The notes: generated from the sequence alone by a model not told the origin. Counted from the first letter of the stretch, positions 1 to 9,702 are shown. The stretch is DNA of 32,340 bases from an uncultured Bacteroidales bacterium (GCA_964582245.1 CAZOSQ010000001.1:1-32340); one strand, 5' to 3'. A program made the numbers and translations.

Positions 1-2
1 GT

Positions 3-179
3 GAAAGATCCAAATCACTCGAAGTTATTACAGATTCTCTAGCTTCAAATAGTGCAAGGAGTTCTTGGTTAGAGTGGGATCAAAGTATGTTATCAGGAAA
101 ATTTCTTAATAGACCAGAAAGAGAAGAAATTCCTGAGAACATTAAAGAACAATTAATTGTTGAATTATACTCAAAATAA
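3..179 (+). CDS. rpsD: 30S ribosomal protein S4 (uS4), C-terminal fragment; 5' end lies off the window
   Basis: Frame 3 reads ...SLEVITDSLASNSARSSWLEWDQSMLSGKFLNRPEREEIPENIKEQLIVELYSK* (TAA at 177-179). The EQLIVELYSK ending is the conserved uS4 C-terminus. Its position directly upstream of rpoA matches the canonical rpsD-rpoA-rplQ order. Confidence 0.85.
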   Translation, partial: ERSKSLEVITDSLASNSARSSWLEWDQSMLSGKFLNRPEREEIPENIKEQLIVELYSK

Positions 180-188
180 AATAAATAT

Positions 189-1181
189 ATGGCAATACTA
201 GCATTCCAGAAACCTGATAAGGTAATAATGGTGGAAGCGGACGATCATTATGGAAAATTTGAATTTCGCCCTCTTGAACCTGGATATGGTATTACGGTTG
301 GTAATTCATTAAGAAGAATTCTTCTTTCATCTCTAGAAGGATACGCAATTACAACTGTGAAAATTGAAGGTGTAGAACATGAATTCTCTACAATTACTGG
401 AGTAATTGAAGATGTGACAGAAATCATACTAAACCTCAAGCAAATCAGGTTTAAAAAACAAATAGAAGATATTGATGATGAAAAAGTCAAAATCAATCTA
501 ACTGGTCAAGAACAACTTAAGGCCGGTGACTTGGGTAAATTCTTAAATAGCTTCAAAGTCTTGAACCCAGATCTAGTGATTTGCAACATGGATTCTGATG
601 TAAAATTACAAATGGAATTAACCATCAACAAAGGAAGGGGTTATGTTCCATCAGAAGAAAATAAACCTTTAGACGCTGAATTCGGTGTTATTCCTATTGA
701 TTCTGTCTTCACTCCTATTAAGAATGTCAAATATACGGTCGAAAATTATAGGGTAGAACAAAAGACAGATTACGAAAAATTAATCTTCGAGATTACTTCG
801 GATGGGTCTATACATCCTAAAGATGCTCTTAAGGAAGCTGCTAAAATTTTGATTTTCCACCTGATGTTATTCCAAGACGAAAAAATCACATTGGAATCGG
901 AGGATAAATATAAAAATGAAGAGTTTGATGAGGAAGTATTACATATGCGCCAGCTTTTGAAAACCAAACTAGAAGATCTTGATCTTTCGGTAAGGGCGAA
1001 AAATTGTTTAAAAGCAGCTGAAGTAATTACCCTTGGAGACTTGGCCAAATTCAACAAAAATGATTTGCTCAAATTTAGAAACTTCGGGAAAAAATCCTTA
1101 ACTGAACTTGAAGAATTACTGACCCAGATGAACTTGTCATTCGGGATGGATATTAGTAAGTATAAATTGGACAAAGACTAA
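189..1181 (+). CDS. rpoA: DNA-directed RNA polymerase alpha subunit
   Basis: 330 aa. N-terminal [12 protein letters not shown] and [12 protein letters not shown] (alpha NTD). C-terminal helix-hairpin-helix [22 protein letters not shown] (alpha CTD). Sits between rpsD and rplQ. Confidence 0.97.
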   Translation: MAILAFQKPDKVIMVEADDHYGKFEFRPLEPGYGITVGNSLRRILLSSLEGYAITTVKIEGVEHEFSTITGVIEDVTEIILNLKQIRFKKQIEDIDDEKVKINLTGQEQLKAGDLGKFLNSFKVLNPDLVICNMDSDVKLQMELTINKGRGYVPSEENKPLDAEFGVIPIDSVFTPIKNVKYTVENYRVEQKTDYEKLIFEITSDGSIHPKDALKEAAKILIFHLMLFQDEKITLESEDKYKNEEFDEEVLHMRQLLKTKLEDLDLSVRAKNCLKAAEVITLGDLAKFNKNDLLKFRNFGKKSLTELEELLTQMNLSFGMDISKYKLDKD

Positions 1182-1187
1182 TTTAAA

Positions 1188-1859
1188 ATGAGACATTTAA
1201 AGAAAATTAATCATCTTGGCCGGAAGAAAGGGCACCGTGAAGCTATGCTTTCTAATATGGCAACTTCATTGATTACAAAAAAAAGGATAACTACAACGAC
1301 TGCAAAAGCAAAAGCATTACGTAAGTATGTCGAACCAATCATTACTAGGGCAAAAGATGATTCGACACATAATCGTAGGATTGTTTTTAGTTACTTGCAA
1401 AATAAAGATGCAGTTTCTGAACTTTTTAGAGATGTGGCCGTTAAAGTCGCTAACCGTCCAGGCGGGTATACTAGGATCATCAAACTTGGGAATCGTCCTG
1501 GTGATAATGCAGATATCGCTATGGTAGAGCTTGTTGACTATAATGAAACCATGCTTTCTTATAAGGAAGAATCGGAAAATAAAGCAGGAAGAAGAAGAAG
1601 AAGGGGCGGTAAAAAGAAATCAGGAGAAACTCAAGCTCCAGGGGCTGTAGCCAAAGGAACCGAAACAGGTACGCCTATTGAAGAAGCTGAAACTCCTGGT
1701 ATTGAGGATAAAAAAGCTGCTCCCACTGAAGAATCCATAGAAGAAACAACCGCCCAGGAAGAAATCAAGGAAGATAAAAAACAAGAAAATTCTGGAACAA
1801 AAGCTGAAGAAGAAAATCTTGAGGATACTGGGGAAGACAAAGAAAAAGGCGAAAATTAA
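1188..1859 (+). CDS. rplQ: 50S ribosomal protein L17 (bL17) with a ~100-aa acidic/lysine-rich C-terminal extension
   Basis: [29 protein letters not shown] and [25 protein letters not shown] are bL17 core motifs. Lies 6 nt after rpoA. Residues ~121-223 are low complexity (E/K/T/G rich). Confidence 0.95.
   Translation: MRHLKKINHLGRKKGHREAMLSNMATSLITKKRITTTTAKAKALRKYVEPIITRAKDDSTHNRRIVFSYLQNKDAVSELFRDVAVKVANRPGGYTRIIKLGNRPGDNADIAMVELVDYNETMLSYKEESENKAGRRRRRGGKKKSGETQAPGAVAKGTETGTPIEEAETPGIEDKKAAPTEESIEETTAQEEIKEDKKQENSGTKAEEENLEDTGEDKEKGEN
1548..1856 (+). other. Low-complexity E/K-rich tail of L17 (domain-level annotation)
   Basis: After VELVDYNE the sequence becomes [18 protein letters not shown]...[12 protein letters not shown]...[11 protein letters not shown]...[17 protein letters not shown]. 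Confidence 0.8.
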
Positions 1860-1912
1860 TAAGGAGAACATGTTAAACATGTTAACAAAATTTAACACCA
1901 AATAAAATCAAG

Positions 1913-1947
1913 GGGATAAGGAAATATAAATCTTTATCCCTTTTTTT
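1913..1947 (+). terminator. Rho-independent terminator closing the rpoA-rplQ operon
   Basis: GGGATAAGG (1913-1921) pairs with CTTTATCCC (1932-1940): 9 bp with one G-U pair and a 10-nt loop, followed by T7 (1941-1947). Confidence 0.75.
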
Positions 1948-1981
1948 GTAAAAAATTTTTTGAACTTTTAATAAATACTAA

Positions 1982-3280
<1,299 letters not shown>

Positions 3281-3314
3281 TTCAATTACGCTATTTTCAA
3301 GTAGTTGTCATAAT

Positions 3315-3347
3315 AGGGTAGTAACATTTGTTTCTACCCTTTTTTTA
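3315..3347 (+). terminator. Rho-independent terminator after eno
   Basis: AGGGTAG (3315-3321) pairs with CTACCCT (3334-3340) around a 12-nt loop, followed by TTTTTTATTTTTT. Confidence 0.8.
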
Positions 3348-3462
3348 TTTTTTAATTTATATTATTTTTACCAATCAAAATCCAAGAAAGATATATCGAT
3401 ATGTTACCGGAAAACTTTTTTATCTTGGATTTGTTTACTAAACCATCGTAAAAGATTGTGAT

Positions 3463-4779
3463 ATGTTTATATTAAAAAGTAGATTAAAAGAGAAAATTAA
3501 TGAATGGCGTCCAAGGATCACCAAGTTAATGAAGGAATACGGTGATGTTGTCATTGACAATGTAACTGTTTCTCAAATAATTGGAGGTATGAGAGGTGTT
3601 AAAAGTCTTATTACCGATATTTCATACTTAGATCCTATGGAAGGCATTAGGTATAGAGGATACACATTGCCAGAGGTATTTGAAAAACTTCCTAAGCCCA
3701 AGGATGGAGAAATGCCCTATGTTGAAGGATTATATTTTCTTCTTTTAACTGGTGACATACCCACGGAGAGTGAGGTAAATGATGTAGCTGATGAATTTCA
3801 TAAAAGAAGAATTTTACCTCGATACGTGTATGATGTTATAGATGCATTTCCATCTAACAGTCCTCCAATGGCAATTTTTTCATCAGCAATTCTTACCATG
3901 CATCGTGAATCTTTTTTTGCTAAAAAGTACCATGCGGGTATTAATAAATTAGATTATTGGGAACCTACATTTGAAGATTCTCTTAATTTACTGGCTAAAT
4001 TGCCAGAAATAGCTGCATACATCTACTCCAAGTTATACAAGGATGGAAAAAGGATACAATCCAGCCCACATCTTGATTTTGGTGCCAACTTTGCCCAAAT
4101 GATGGGAATTGACAAACCATATGATGATGTTTCTAGGCAATATTTTATAGTACATAGTGATCATGAAAGTGGAAATGTAAGTGCACATACCGGTCACCTG
4201 GTTGCAAGTAGTCTATCAGATATTTATTTGGCTATATCTGCAATGATAAATGGTCTTGCTGGCCCTCTTCATGGTTTGGCCAACCAGGAAGTTTTAAGAT
4301 GGATACAAGGATTAATGGAAAAAATGGGTGGTATAACACCCACCGAAGATGAAATGAAACAGTTTGTATGGGATACTTTAAACTCGGGGCAAGTGATCCC
4401 TGGTTTTGGTCACGCTGTGTTAAGAAAAACTGATCCTAGGTACCAGGTACAACGTGAGTTTTGCATGAAACATATCCCAAATGATCCTATTTTCAAAATG
4501 GCTGATATGCTTTATAGGATTGTTCCCCCAATTCTTAAAGAACATGGAAAGGCAAAAAATCCTTGGCCAAATGTTGATGCTCAATCTGGAGTAATACAAT
4601 GGCATTATGGGATCCGTGAATACGACTTTTATACTGTATTATTTGGAATTGGAAGGGCTCTTGGAGTTACTGCAAACATTATTTGGGATAGGGCTCTAGG
4701 CTTTCCCTTGGAAAGACCTAAGTCCTTGACGACTAACATGATTGAAAAGATTGCCAGGGGAAATAAAAATATAGTTTGA
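3463..4779 (+). CDS. gltA: Citrate synthase, mitochondrial/eukaryote-like type
   Basis: 438 aa. Motifs GGMRGVKSLITDISYLDPMEGIRYRGYTLPE, HSDHESGNVSAHT, GLAGPLHGLANQEV, GFGHAVLRKTDPRY, KNPWPNVDAQSG and RALGFPLERPKS. These run colinear with my recollection of the pig heart enzyme sequence. Confidence 0.95.
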   Translation: MFILKSRLKEKINEWRPRITKLMKEYGDVVIDNVTVSQIIGGMRGVKSLITDISYLDPMEGIRYRGYTLPEVFEKLPKPKDGEMPYVEGLYFLLLTGDIPTESEVNDVADEFHKRRILPRYVYDVIDAFPSNSPPMAIFSSAILTMHRESFFAKKYHAGINKLDYWEPTFEDSLNLLAKLPEIAAYIYSKLYKDGKRIQSSPHLDFGANFAQMMGIDKPYDDVSRQYFIVHSDHESGNVSAHTGHLVASSLSDIYLAISAMINGLAGPLHGLANQEVLRWIQGLMEKMGGITPTEDEMKQFVWDTLNSGQVIPGFGHAVLRKTDPRYQVQREFCMKHIPNDPIFKMADMLYRIVPPILKEHGKAKNPWPNVDAQSGVIQWHYGIREYDFYTVLFGIGRALGVTANIIWDRALGFPLERPKSLTTNMIEKIARGNKNIV

Positions 4780-4911
4780 AATTATATTTATCATAATAAT
4801 ATATAAAATATCATTTATGTCCGGTTAATACAGGACGAACATTATTTTCCCCTCAAGCTCTCTTTCGCTATTGCTTAAGAAGAGTAAAACCAGGCAAGCT
4901 TTTACTTTTTC

Positions 4912-4947
4912 CTTCCTTGTTAATGATCCAAGGAAGAATGTGTTTTG
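4912..4947 (+). terminator. Candidate terminator hairpin ~130 nt downstream of citrate synthase
   Basis: CTTCCTTG (4912-4919) pairs with CAAGGAAG (4929-4936) around a 9-nt loop. A TTTT run follows only after a 6-nt gap, so this is not a textbook terminator. Confidence 0.35.
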
Positions 4948-5661
4948 AATAAATAGTCAATTGAAAGGTCTTGTTTATATTATATTAAGGACATTGTTAT
5001 TAAATTAGGAACATTTATCAATTTTTTATTTACAAGTTTAAATTAGAATTTTATCATCTAAAATCTTAATATTAATTCCACAAAAAAACTTTTTTCATAA
5101 ACAATATGATATGAGGTTAAAGCTATGTTATTAAGCTTGTTGTTTCTAAAAATAATAATTCAAGATATCAAAATATTCTTTACCATTTCTACTATTATAA
5201 CAAATATACCTATACCCCGTATAAGAAAAACGGGTAACTATATTCTTCTATAGAACCACTTGGTAGGTATTACAACAAAAAATTATAATCATTAATTTGA
5301 TTTCAATCACATGGAAATGAGAAAAACAAGAAAAAGAAATAAAAAGATAAATACGCACTTGTTGAGGAATCTTTTATTGTAAATAATCTTGTGATTTATC
5401 ACATTTGATTTTGCGGTAAATATTGATTTTCAATCAATTATTGTGGCGAATTTTACACAGGACATTATAAATCTAGATATTAGGATGAATAAAAGAAAGT
5501 CGTTGGTAAGTATATGTAAATGTAATTCACACACCACATTTGTATTATGGTAAAACATTTAAGGAATTTATTTATAGTTCAATATTTTTTAAATCAAATA
5601 AAGGAGAATTTTTAATAATAGAATTGAAAAATATTAAATATATTTAGGCTAGATTTACACG

Positions 5662-8600
5662 ATGAAGAGGTGTTTTAGTATATTATTATTTTTATTTACT
5701 ATTCTTTCCCTTGAAAGCATTGATGCTCAAACAGGGGGATTGCCAGTAGATATTTTTACTATTAAGGATGGTTTGTCACAAACCCGTGTTAATACTGTAT
5801 ATATTGATTCTAAAGGCTTTTTGTGGATTGGAACCCACAATGGATTGAATAAATACAATGGCTATGAATTTCAAATATTCCAGTATCAATCTGTAGACAG
5901 TAATTCGCTTTCTAATAATTTTATCTATTCAATTTGCGAAGATCAGAACCATGACTTATGGATAGGCACAAGAAATGGTTTAAGTAAATTCAATAGGAAG
6001 ACGGAAAAATTTCAAAATTATTACCAAAACATTGATAATCCAAATTCATTAATTGACAATGAAATATTTTACGTCTACATGGATAAGGAAGGGGTTTTAT
6101 GGATCAAGACCCTAGAGCATCTTTCAAGATATAATCCTGAAAAGGATGAATTTATTCATTTTGAACATTATAACGATTATTTCAATTTTGTTGAAGGAAC
6201 AAATTATTTTTCAATTTTCGAGGACAATGAGGGTAAATTGTGGATTGGTACAAAGGATGGATTAAACTATTTTAACAAAGACCTTGGATTGTTCGAAAGG
6301 TTCGAATACAACGAAAATGATCCTAATAGTATTAGTAATAACAGGATTAAGACAATTTTCGAGGATTCTAAATCAAATTTATGGATTGGAACTGAAAACG
6401 GATTAAACAAGTACAATAGGGAAACCAGGTCCTTTATAAAATATTTTGAAAAACCTTTTCAACAAGAAACTGGACCTGTCAACAATAACATAAATGATAT
6501 ATATGAAGATAAGGATGGGATTCTTTGGATTGGCACAGCAAATGGTATTAGCAAATTCCACCCAAAAACAGGAAAATTTTCCAATGCAAAAACTTTTTAC
6601 GTAGGATATAATGTTCTTGGAACTTCTGTAAACCATATTGTTGAAGATAATTCCCAAATAATGTGGATGGCTACTACTCAAGGACTAGTTAAATATGACA
6701 AAAAAAGGAAAAAATTTAACACGTATTCAAAATCTATCAATAGCTTACCTGAACTTTCGAGCAACTCTGTCAATTCTGTTTTAATTGATCACCAAAAACA
6801 TTTATGGATTGGAACTAGTTTTGGTTTAAACCTGGTATATCGTAATTCTGGTAAAGTCAAACAATATAGCAGTAATAATAGAAATCCAAAATATAGAATA
6901 TCAAATGACAATGTTTTTGCTATTCACCAGGATAAAAGAAATTATATTTGGCTGGGTACTGGTAATGGCATAGATATATACAACCCGTTTTTAGAAAAAT
7001 TTTCTCCTGCTTGTGAACTTGAAGACTCAATTCCATGCGAATATTTTAAAAACAACAAGATTAACACTATTTATGAAGATAAAAAGAACAACATTTGGAT
7101 CGGGTCCAACAGGGGATTATTTCAATTTAACTATAAACAAAAGAAATTTTCACGCTATATTGTACTTGAAAATGATAGTGCCAGGGTTGACCTAGTTAAA
7201 GTGTTTTGTATAAATGAAGATGAAAATGGTATTATTTGGGTTGGTACTGATAATGGATTTGTTAAATTTAACCCGAAAACTACAGAGTTCTATCATTTTA
7301 CGAGGGATGCCAATAATGGCGGAAAGAACCTGCTTAGCAGTAATTTAGTGTACGAAATAGAATTTGATGATCATGGAAATACTTGGATTGGAACTATCTC
7401 CGGGCTTAATAAGTTTAATCCCCAATTACTTACTTTCCAAGTATTTACAGAAAAAGAAGGCCTTGCCAATAACATGATACACTCAATAGAAAAAGATGAA
7501 AATGGTAATTTATGGATAAGTACTAATAAAGGAATATCTAAAATTGATCCCACTGAAAATGAATTTATAAATTTTGATATTTCAGATGGACTGCAAGGTT
7601 ACGAGTTCAATTTTAACTCCTCCTATAAAAGTGAGAATGGGGAAATATTTTTTGGGGGTATTTCAGGTTTAAACTATTTCCACCCGGATTCCATTGACTT
7701 CAATAAAAATATACCTGGCGTTGTAATTAATTCCATTACACTTTATACCACTGCAGGAAAGAAATATATCCCCCTATCTGGCAAAGATGAAATAATTATT
7801 CCTCCAGGACATAGTATGTTTAATATTGATTTTGCGTCATTAGATTTTACTTGGCCCGAGAAAAACAGGTATGCCTATAAAATTATTCAAAACGGAAATG
7901 AAAGAGAATGGCTTCATATTGGAAATCAACACTATACTACATTCTCAAACGTGGCTCCTGGAGAATACATACTGAAAGTCAAAGCTTCTAATAATGATAA
8001 TACCTGGAATGATGAAGGAGCAAGTATCAAATTGATAATTGAAACTCCATTCTGGAAATCTAATTTGGCGGCAGTTTGTTATATTTTAACAGTGCTACTG
8101 ATATTGTACGGGATTTACCTGTATAGAACAAAAAGTTTGCGAGAAAGCAATAAAATATTAAAAGAGAAAGAACTTGCAGCCATTAAAATCCGTGAACAAA
8201 AAGAAGCTCTTACTTTACAAAATAAGGCAATTACTGACAGTATTAACTATGCAAGAAGAATACAACAAGCTTTAATGCCTTCTTTAAGAACCTTTGATCG
8301 ACTGCTACCTAATTCATTTGTTTTTCATAAACCTAAAGATATAGTTAGTGGAGACTTTTATTGGATTAATGAAAGTAAAAACAAGATATTTGTCGCTTCC
8401 GTAGATTGCACGGGTCATGGTGTACCTGGTGCTTTCATGTCCATCATTGGGTTCGAACTTTTTAGGAATATTACCTTATTCAAGGGTATTGAAAAACCAG
8501 GTGAAATATTGAATGTTTTAAACAATGATTTCGCTGAAATATTTAAAGATGTAGATAATATAACCCTTCGAGATGGTATGGATGTGGCTTTTTGTGCATT

Positions 8601-8991
8601 TGACAAGAAGAAGAACACGGTTGAATTTGCGGGAGCCTATAACCCTTTATACATCATAAGGGATAATAAAATCATTGAAATTAAAGCTGATCGTTTCTCA
8701 ATAGGGTTAACCGAACAAGATGGAGAAAAAAAGAATTTTACCAACCATGAAATTGAGATACAAAAAAACGATGTGTTTTACATGTTTTCTGATGGTTATG
8801 TTGATCAATTTGGTGGGCCTGAAGGAAAGAAATTCAAGTTTAGGAGATTCCGTCATTTGCTCCTGAGCAATCATAAACTTGCCTTGGCAGATCAACGCGA
8901 ACAACTTGAGAAAAGTATTGATGCATGGAAAGGAACCAATGAACAAGTGGATGATATTTTAATTATTGGTATTAAACCTAATATTACCTGA
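5662..8991 (+). CDS. Membrane sensor: signal peptide, two Reg_prop beta-propellers, Y_Y_Y Ig-like domain, one TM helix, C-terminal PP2C/SpoIIE-family Ser/Thr phosphatase
   Basis: 1109 aa. Signal peptide MKRCFSILLFLFTILSLESIDAQ. About 14 repeats of the (L/I)W(I/V)GTxNGLxK(Y/F)(N/H) pattern. Y_Y_Y-like RYAYKI...GEYILKVKASNNDNTWN. TM helix at aa 802-821. PPM motifs SGDFYW, VDCTGHGVPGAFMS, RDGMDVAF, FSDGYVDQFGG and VDDILIIG. Confidence 0.85.
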   Translation: MKRCFSILLFLFTILSLESIDAQTGGLPVDIFTIKDGLSQTRVNTVYIDSKGFLWIGTHNGLNKYNGYEFQIFQYQSVDSNSLSNNFIYSICEDQNHDLWIGTRNGLSKFNRKTEKFQNYYQNIDNPNSLIDNEIFYVYMDKEGVLWIKTLEHLSRYNPEKDEFIHFEHYNDYFNFVEGTNYFSIFEDNEGKLWIGTKDGLNYFNKDLGLFERFEYNENDPNSISNNRIKTIFEDSKSNLWIGTENGLNKYNRETRSFIKYFEKPFQQETGPVNNNINDIYEDKDGILWIGTANGISKFHPKTGKFSNAKTFYVGYNVLGTSVNHIVEDNSQIMWMATTQGLVKYDKKRKKFNTYSKSINSLPELSSNSVNSVLIDHQKHLWIGTSFGLNLVYRNSGKVKQYSSNNRNPKYRISNDNVFAIHQDKRNYIWLGTGNGIDIYNPFLEKFSPACELEDSIPCEYFKNNKINTIYEDKKNNIWIGSNRGLFQFNYKQKKFSRYIVLENDSARVDLVKVFCINEDENGIIWVGTDNGFVKFNPKTTEFYHFTRDANNGGKNLLSSNLVYEIEFDDHGNTWIGTISGLNKFNPQLLTFQVFTEKEGLANNMIHSIEKDENGNLWISTNKGISKIDPTENEFINFDISDGLQGYEFNFNSSYKSENGEIFFGGISGLNYFHPDSIDFNKNIPGVVINSITLYTTAGKKYIPLSGKDEIIIPPGHSMFNIDFASLDFTWPEKNRYAYKIIQNGNEREWLHIGNQHYTTFSNVAPGEYILKVKASNNDNTWNDEGASIKLIIETPFWKSNLAAVCYILTVLLILYGIYLYRTKSLRESNKILKEKELAAIKIREQKEALTLQNKAITDSINYARRIQQALMPSLRTFDRLLPNSFVFHKPKDIVSGDFYWINESKNKIFVASVDCTGHGVPGAFMSIIGFELFRNITLFKGIEKPGEILNVLNNDFAEIFKDVDNITLRDGMDVAFCAFDKKKNTVEFAGAYNPLYIIRDNKIIEIKADRFSIGLTEQDGEKKNFTNHEIEIQKNDVFYMFSDGYVDQFGGPEGKKFKFRRFRHLLLSNHKLALADQREQLEKSIDAWKGTNEQVDDILIIGIKPNIT
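8065..8124 (+). other. Single transmembrane helix separating the sensor ectodomain from the cytoplasmic phosphatase
   Basis: LAAVCYILTVLLILYGIYLY, flanked by FWKSN upstream and RTKSLRESNK (positive-inside) downstream. Confidence 0.8.
8245..8988 (+). other. PP2C/SpoIIE phosphatase domain of the sensor protein
   Basis: NYARRIQQALMP lead-in typical of RsbU/SpoIIE-like domains, then the conserved Asp-containing motifs listed for the parent CDS. Confidence 0.8.
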
Positions 8992-9044
8992 TTTTATCTA
9001 CAATGCAAGTAAGTATTTATTTAGTTTAAATTTATTTAATAATA

Positions 9045-9428
9045 TTATTCGAATAGTCTATCATCCCTTACCAGGAGCAATATGGCAGAATGAGGTACAA
9101 TCACGTACTTTTCTTTGGCAAATTCTATTTCCCATCCACTATTTTGAAGATATACTGCAAGATCTCCTTCCTTAGGTTGTAATGGAACATATTTAACCTC
9201 TTCACCACTATTTTTCCATAGTTCATCCTCACCTGTCACCAGGGGTATAGGATATCCCGGGCCAACTTTTAATACATATCCAGAATATACTGGCTCTTTT
9301 TCTTGTACACCGGGGGGAAGAAATAAGCCTGATTTGGTGCGTTCACGAGGACTTTTGGGTTTAATTAGCACCCTATCTCCAACAAGTATAAATTTTTCTA
9401 AATCCTTTCCTTCTATATCCAGTGTCAT
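9045..9428 (-). CDS. GroES/Cpn10-family protein (divergent, stand-alone paralogue, 127 aa from the ATG at 9428)
   Basis: DRVLIKPKSPRERTKSGLFLPPGVQEKEPVYSGYVLKVGPG...EGDLAVY...YVIVPHSAILLLV is colinear with GroES (DRVLVK..EKTAGGIVLP..AKEKPQ.G.VVAVGPG...GD.V.F......Y.I....DILAV). The track ORF begins at a TTG (9452). The first ATG (MTLDIEG) at 9428 is the more likely start because a -7-like box overlaps the TTG. No groEL is adjacent. Confidence 0.7.
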   Translation of the reverse strand: MTLDIEGKDLEKFILVGDRVLIKPKSPRERTKSGLFLPPGVQEKEPVYSGYVLKVGPGYPIPLVTGEDELWKNSGEEVKYVPLQPKEGDLAVYLQNSGWEIEFAKEKYVIVPHSAILLLVRDDRLFE

Positions 9429-9449
9429 AAAATTATTTTTTTTGTTGCA

Positions 9450-9457
9450 CAAAGATA
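9450..9457 (-). promoter_or_regulatory. Candidate Bacteroidota -7 promoter box for the GroES-like gene
   Basis: The minus strand reads TATCTTTG, matching the published Bacteroides TAnnTTTG -7 consensus. It lies 22 nt upstream of the ATG at 9428, followed by an A-rich leader. No clear -33 TTTG was seen. Confidence 0.3.
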
Positions 9458-9702
9458 AAAAACTACCATAAAATAATATCTATAATTTAAATCTAGTTTA
9501 AGTATTATTGGATCTAAATCACCCGGAAATTTTATTCGAGGAATGGTTTAACCTGGGGAAATGGATGATAAAATTGAATTAACATTAAAATTAATTGCTT
9601 CTAATATTTTTTATTATTAGTTTTAAGACAGGCTATTATAAAAATAAAAGTGTCCTGCCTAGTGTGTTTACATATAGTAAATTCTTACTTAAATAAGAAA
9701 AC

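Noticed and set aside
1867-1884. Tandem AACATGTTA x2 (each containing the palindrome AACATGTT) just after the rplQ stop
   Set aside because: It can form only a 7-bp stem with a 3-nt loop in AT-rich sequence, and it lies between a stop codon and a strong terminator. There is no second copy elsewhere in the window, so it is most likely fortuitous.
5390-5403. TGTGAT-TT-ATCACA inverted repeat as a CRP/FNR-type site
   Set aside because: The TGTGA and TCACA half-sites are separated by 4 nt rather than the canonical 6 nt, and it is a single occurrence. It is kept only as a descriptive detail of the spacer finding.
4780-5661. Possibility that the long AT-rich spacer is a replication origin (oriC)
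   Set aside because: I found no cluster of DnaA-box-like 9-mers (TTATCCACA or close variants). Only isolated partial matches occur, such as TTTATCACA at ~5395. No dnaA or dnaN is nearby. GC-skew analysis of the whole genome would be needed to revisit this.
8448-8462. GGGTTCGAACTT, resembling a tRNA T-arm (GGTTCGAA)
   Set aside because: It lies in-frame inside the PP2C domain (IGFELF). There is no flanking acceptor or anticodon stem complementarity.
8966-9175. 69-aa plus-strand ORF overlapping the 3' ends of the sensor gene and the GroES-like gene
   Set aside because: It overlaps two better-supported genes and has no motifs. It is likely a shadow of the GroES-like CDS on the opposite strand.
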